Source: Phoronis australis
Lineage: Eukaryota; Animalia; Phoronida
Reading direction: 5' to 3'
DNA length: 64,000 bases
Assembly (NCBI GenBank): GCA_002633005.1
Contig: NMRA01000004.1
Span: 439,846 to 503,845, forward strand
In this document: positions 63,570-64,000 of the stretch, piece by piece
How positions within the stretch are numbered: the stretch's first letter is position 1
How the letters are laid out: every line of letters starts with the position of its first letter
Translations under genes and position numbers: made by a program
The notes under the pieces: model-generated
Databases searched by the model: none
What the model saw: the letters and a program-made list of their open reading frames with translations, nothing else
Told to the model about the DNA's origin: nothing

Positions 63570-64000
63570 CTGAAGGTGAGTTAGGGATATGTGAAGTACA
63601 GATTTGCAATTATCAAGGCTATCCCACTGAATCAGGACATAAATATTCATAAAAACATGAAAAAATAGAAGGCTCTTGAAAAGTAGAGACCTCCCTCAAA
63701 GCACTGCAATAATTTCAACTAAAGCAGTTACCCCAAATCCCAATGGACCTTTCGTGTTAGGTTATACAATGGCTTAGAGATAGAACTAACAGGAAGGATA
63801 CTGTGCTTTCTGACGACGTTCCATTGCTTTTTTCGTGGCCGCACTGACTCTATACTCAGCCTTGCCAGCACTGTGATTCTGCTCCTAGAAAAATACATGT
63901 TAAGAAAAGAATGAGGTGAACACAAATGCAGCTTTTGACAAGACCAAAACAAACTGTACTACAGTCCCCAGATAGACTATTATAATTAAAGTACACAATG

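Overview
AT-rich, intron-rich genomic DNA from an animal, probably an invertebrate deuterostome (inference only). It is not prokaryotic, so most ORF-track entries are spurious and genes were reconstructed exon by exon from GT-AG sites. Contents: (1) a 5' coding exon of an SLC26A11-like anion transporter (minus strand, runs off the left edge); (2) about 23 kb of repeat-rich non-coding DNA; (3) a complete 15-exon SNX17 gene (24643-39508, +); (4) a 14-15-exon gene (45660-56684, +) whose exons splice in frame into a roughly 890-900 aa chimera of CARD, an APAF-1-type NB-ARC/WHD/HD2 module and an MKK3/MKK6-type MAP2K kinase domain sitting where APAF-1 has its WD40 propellers; (5) the last four exons of an unidentified minus-strand gene (61685-63569). 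The APAF1-MAP2K fusion is the standout observation. It also has a degenerate kinase N-lobe and candidate CARD-only and CARD-NB-ARC-only isoforms. Helentron/DINE-1-like elements, MITEs, a LINE fragment and minisatellites fill introns and intergenic space.
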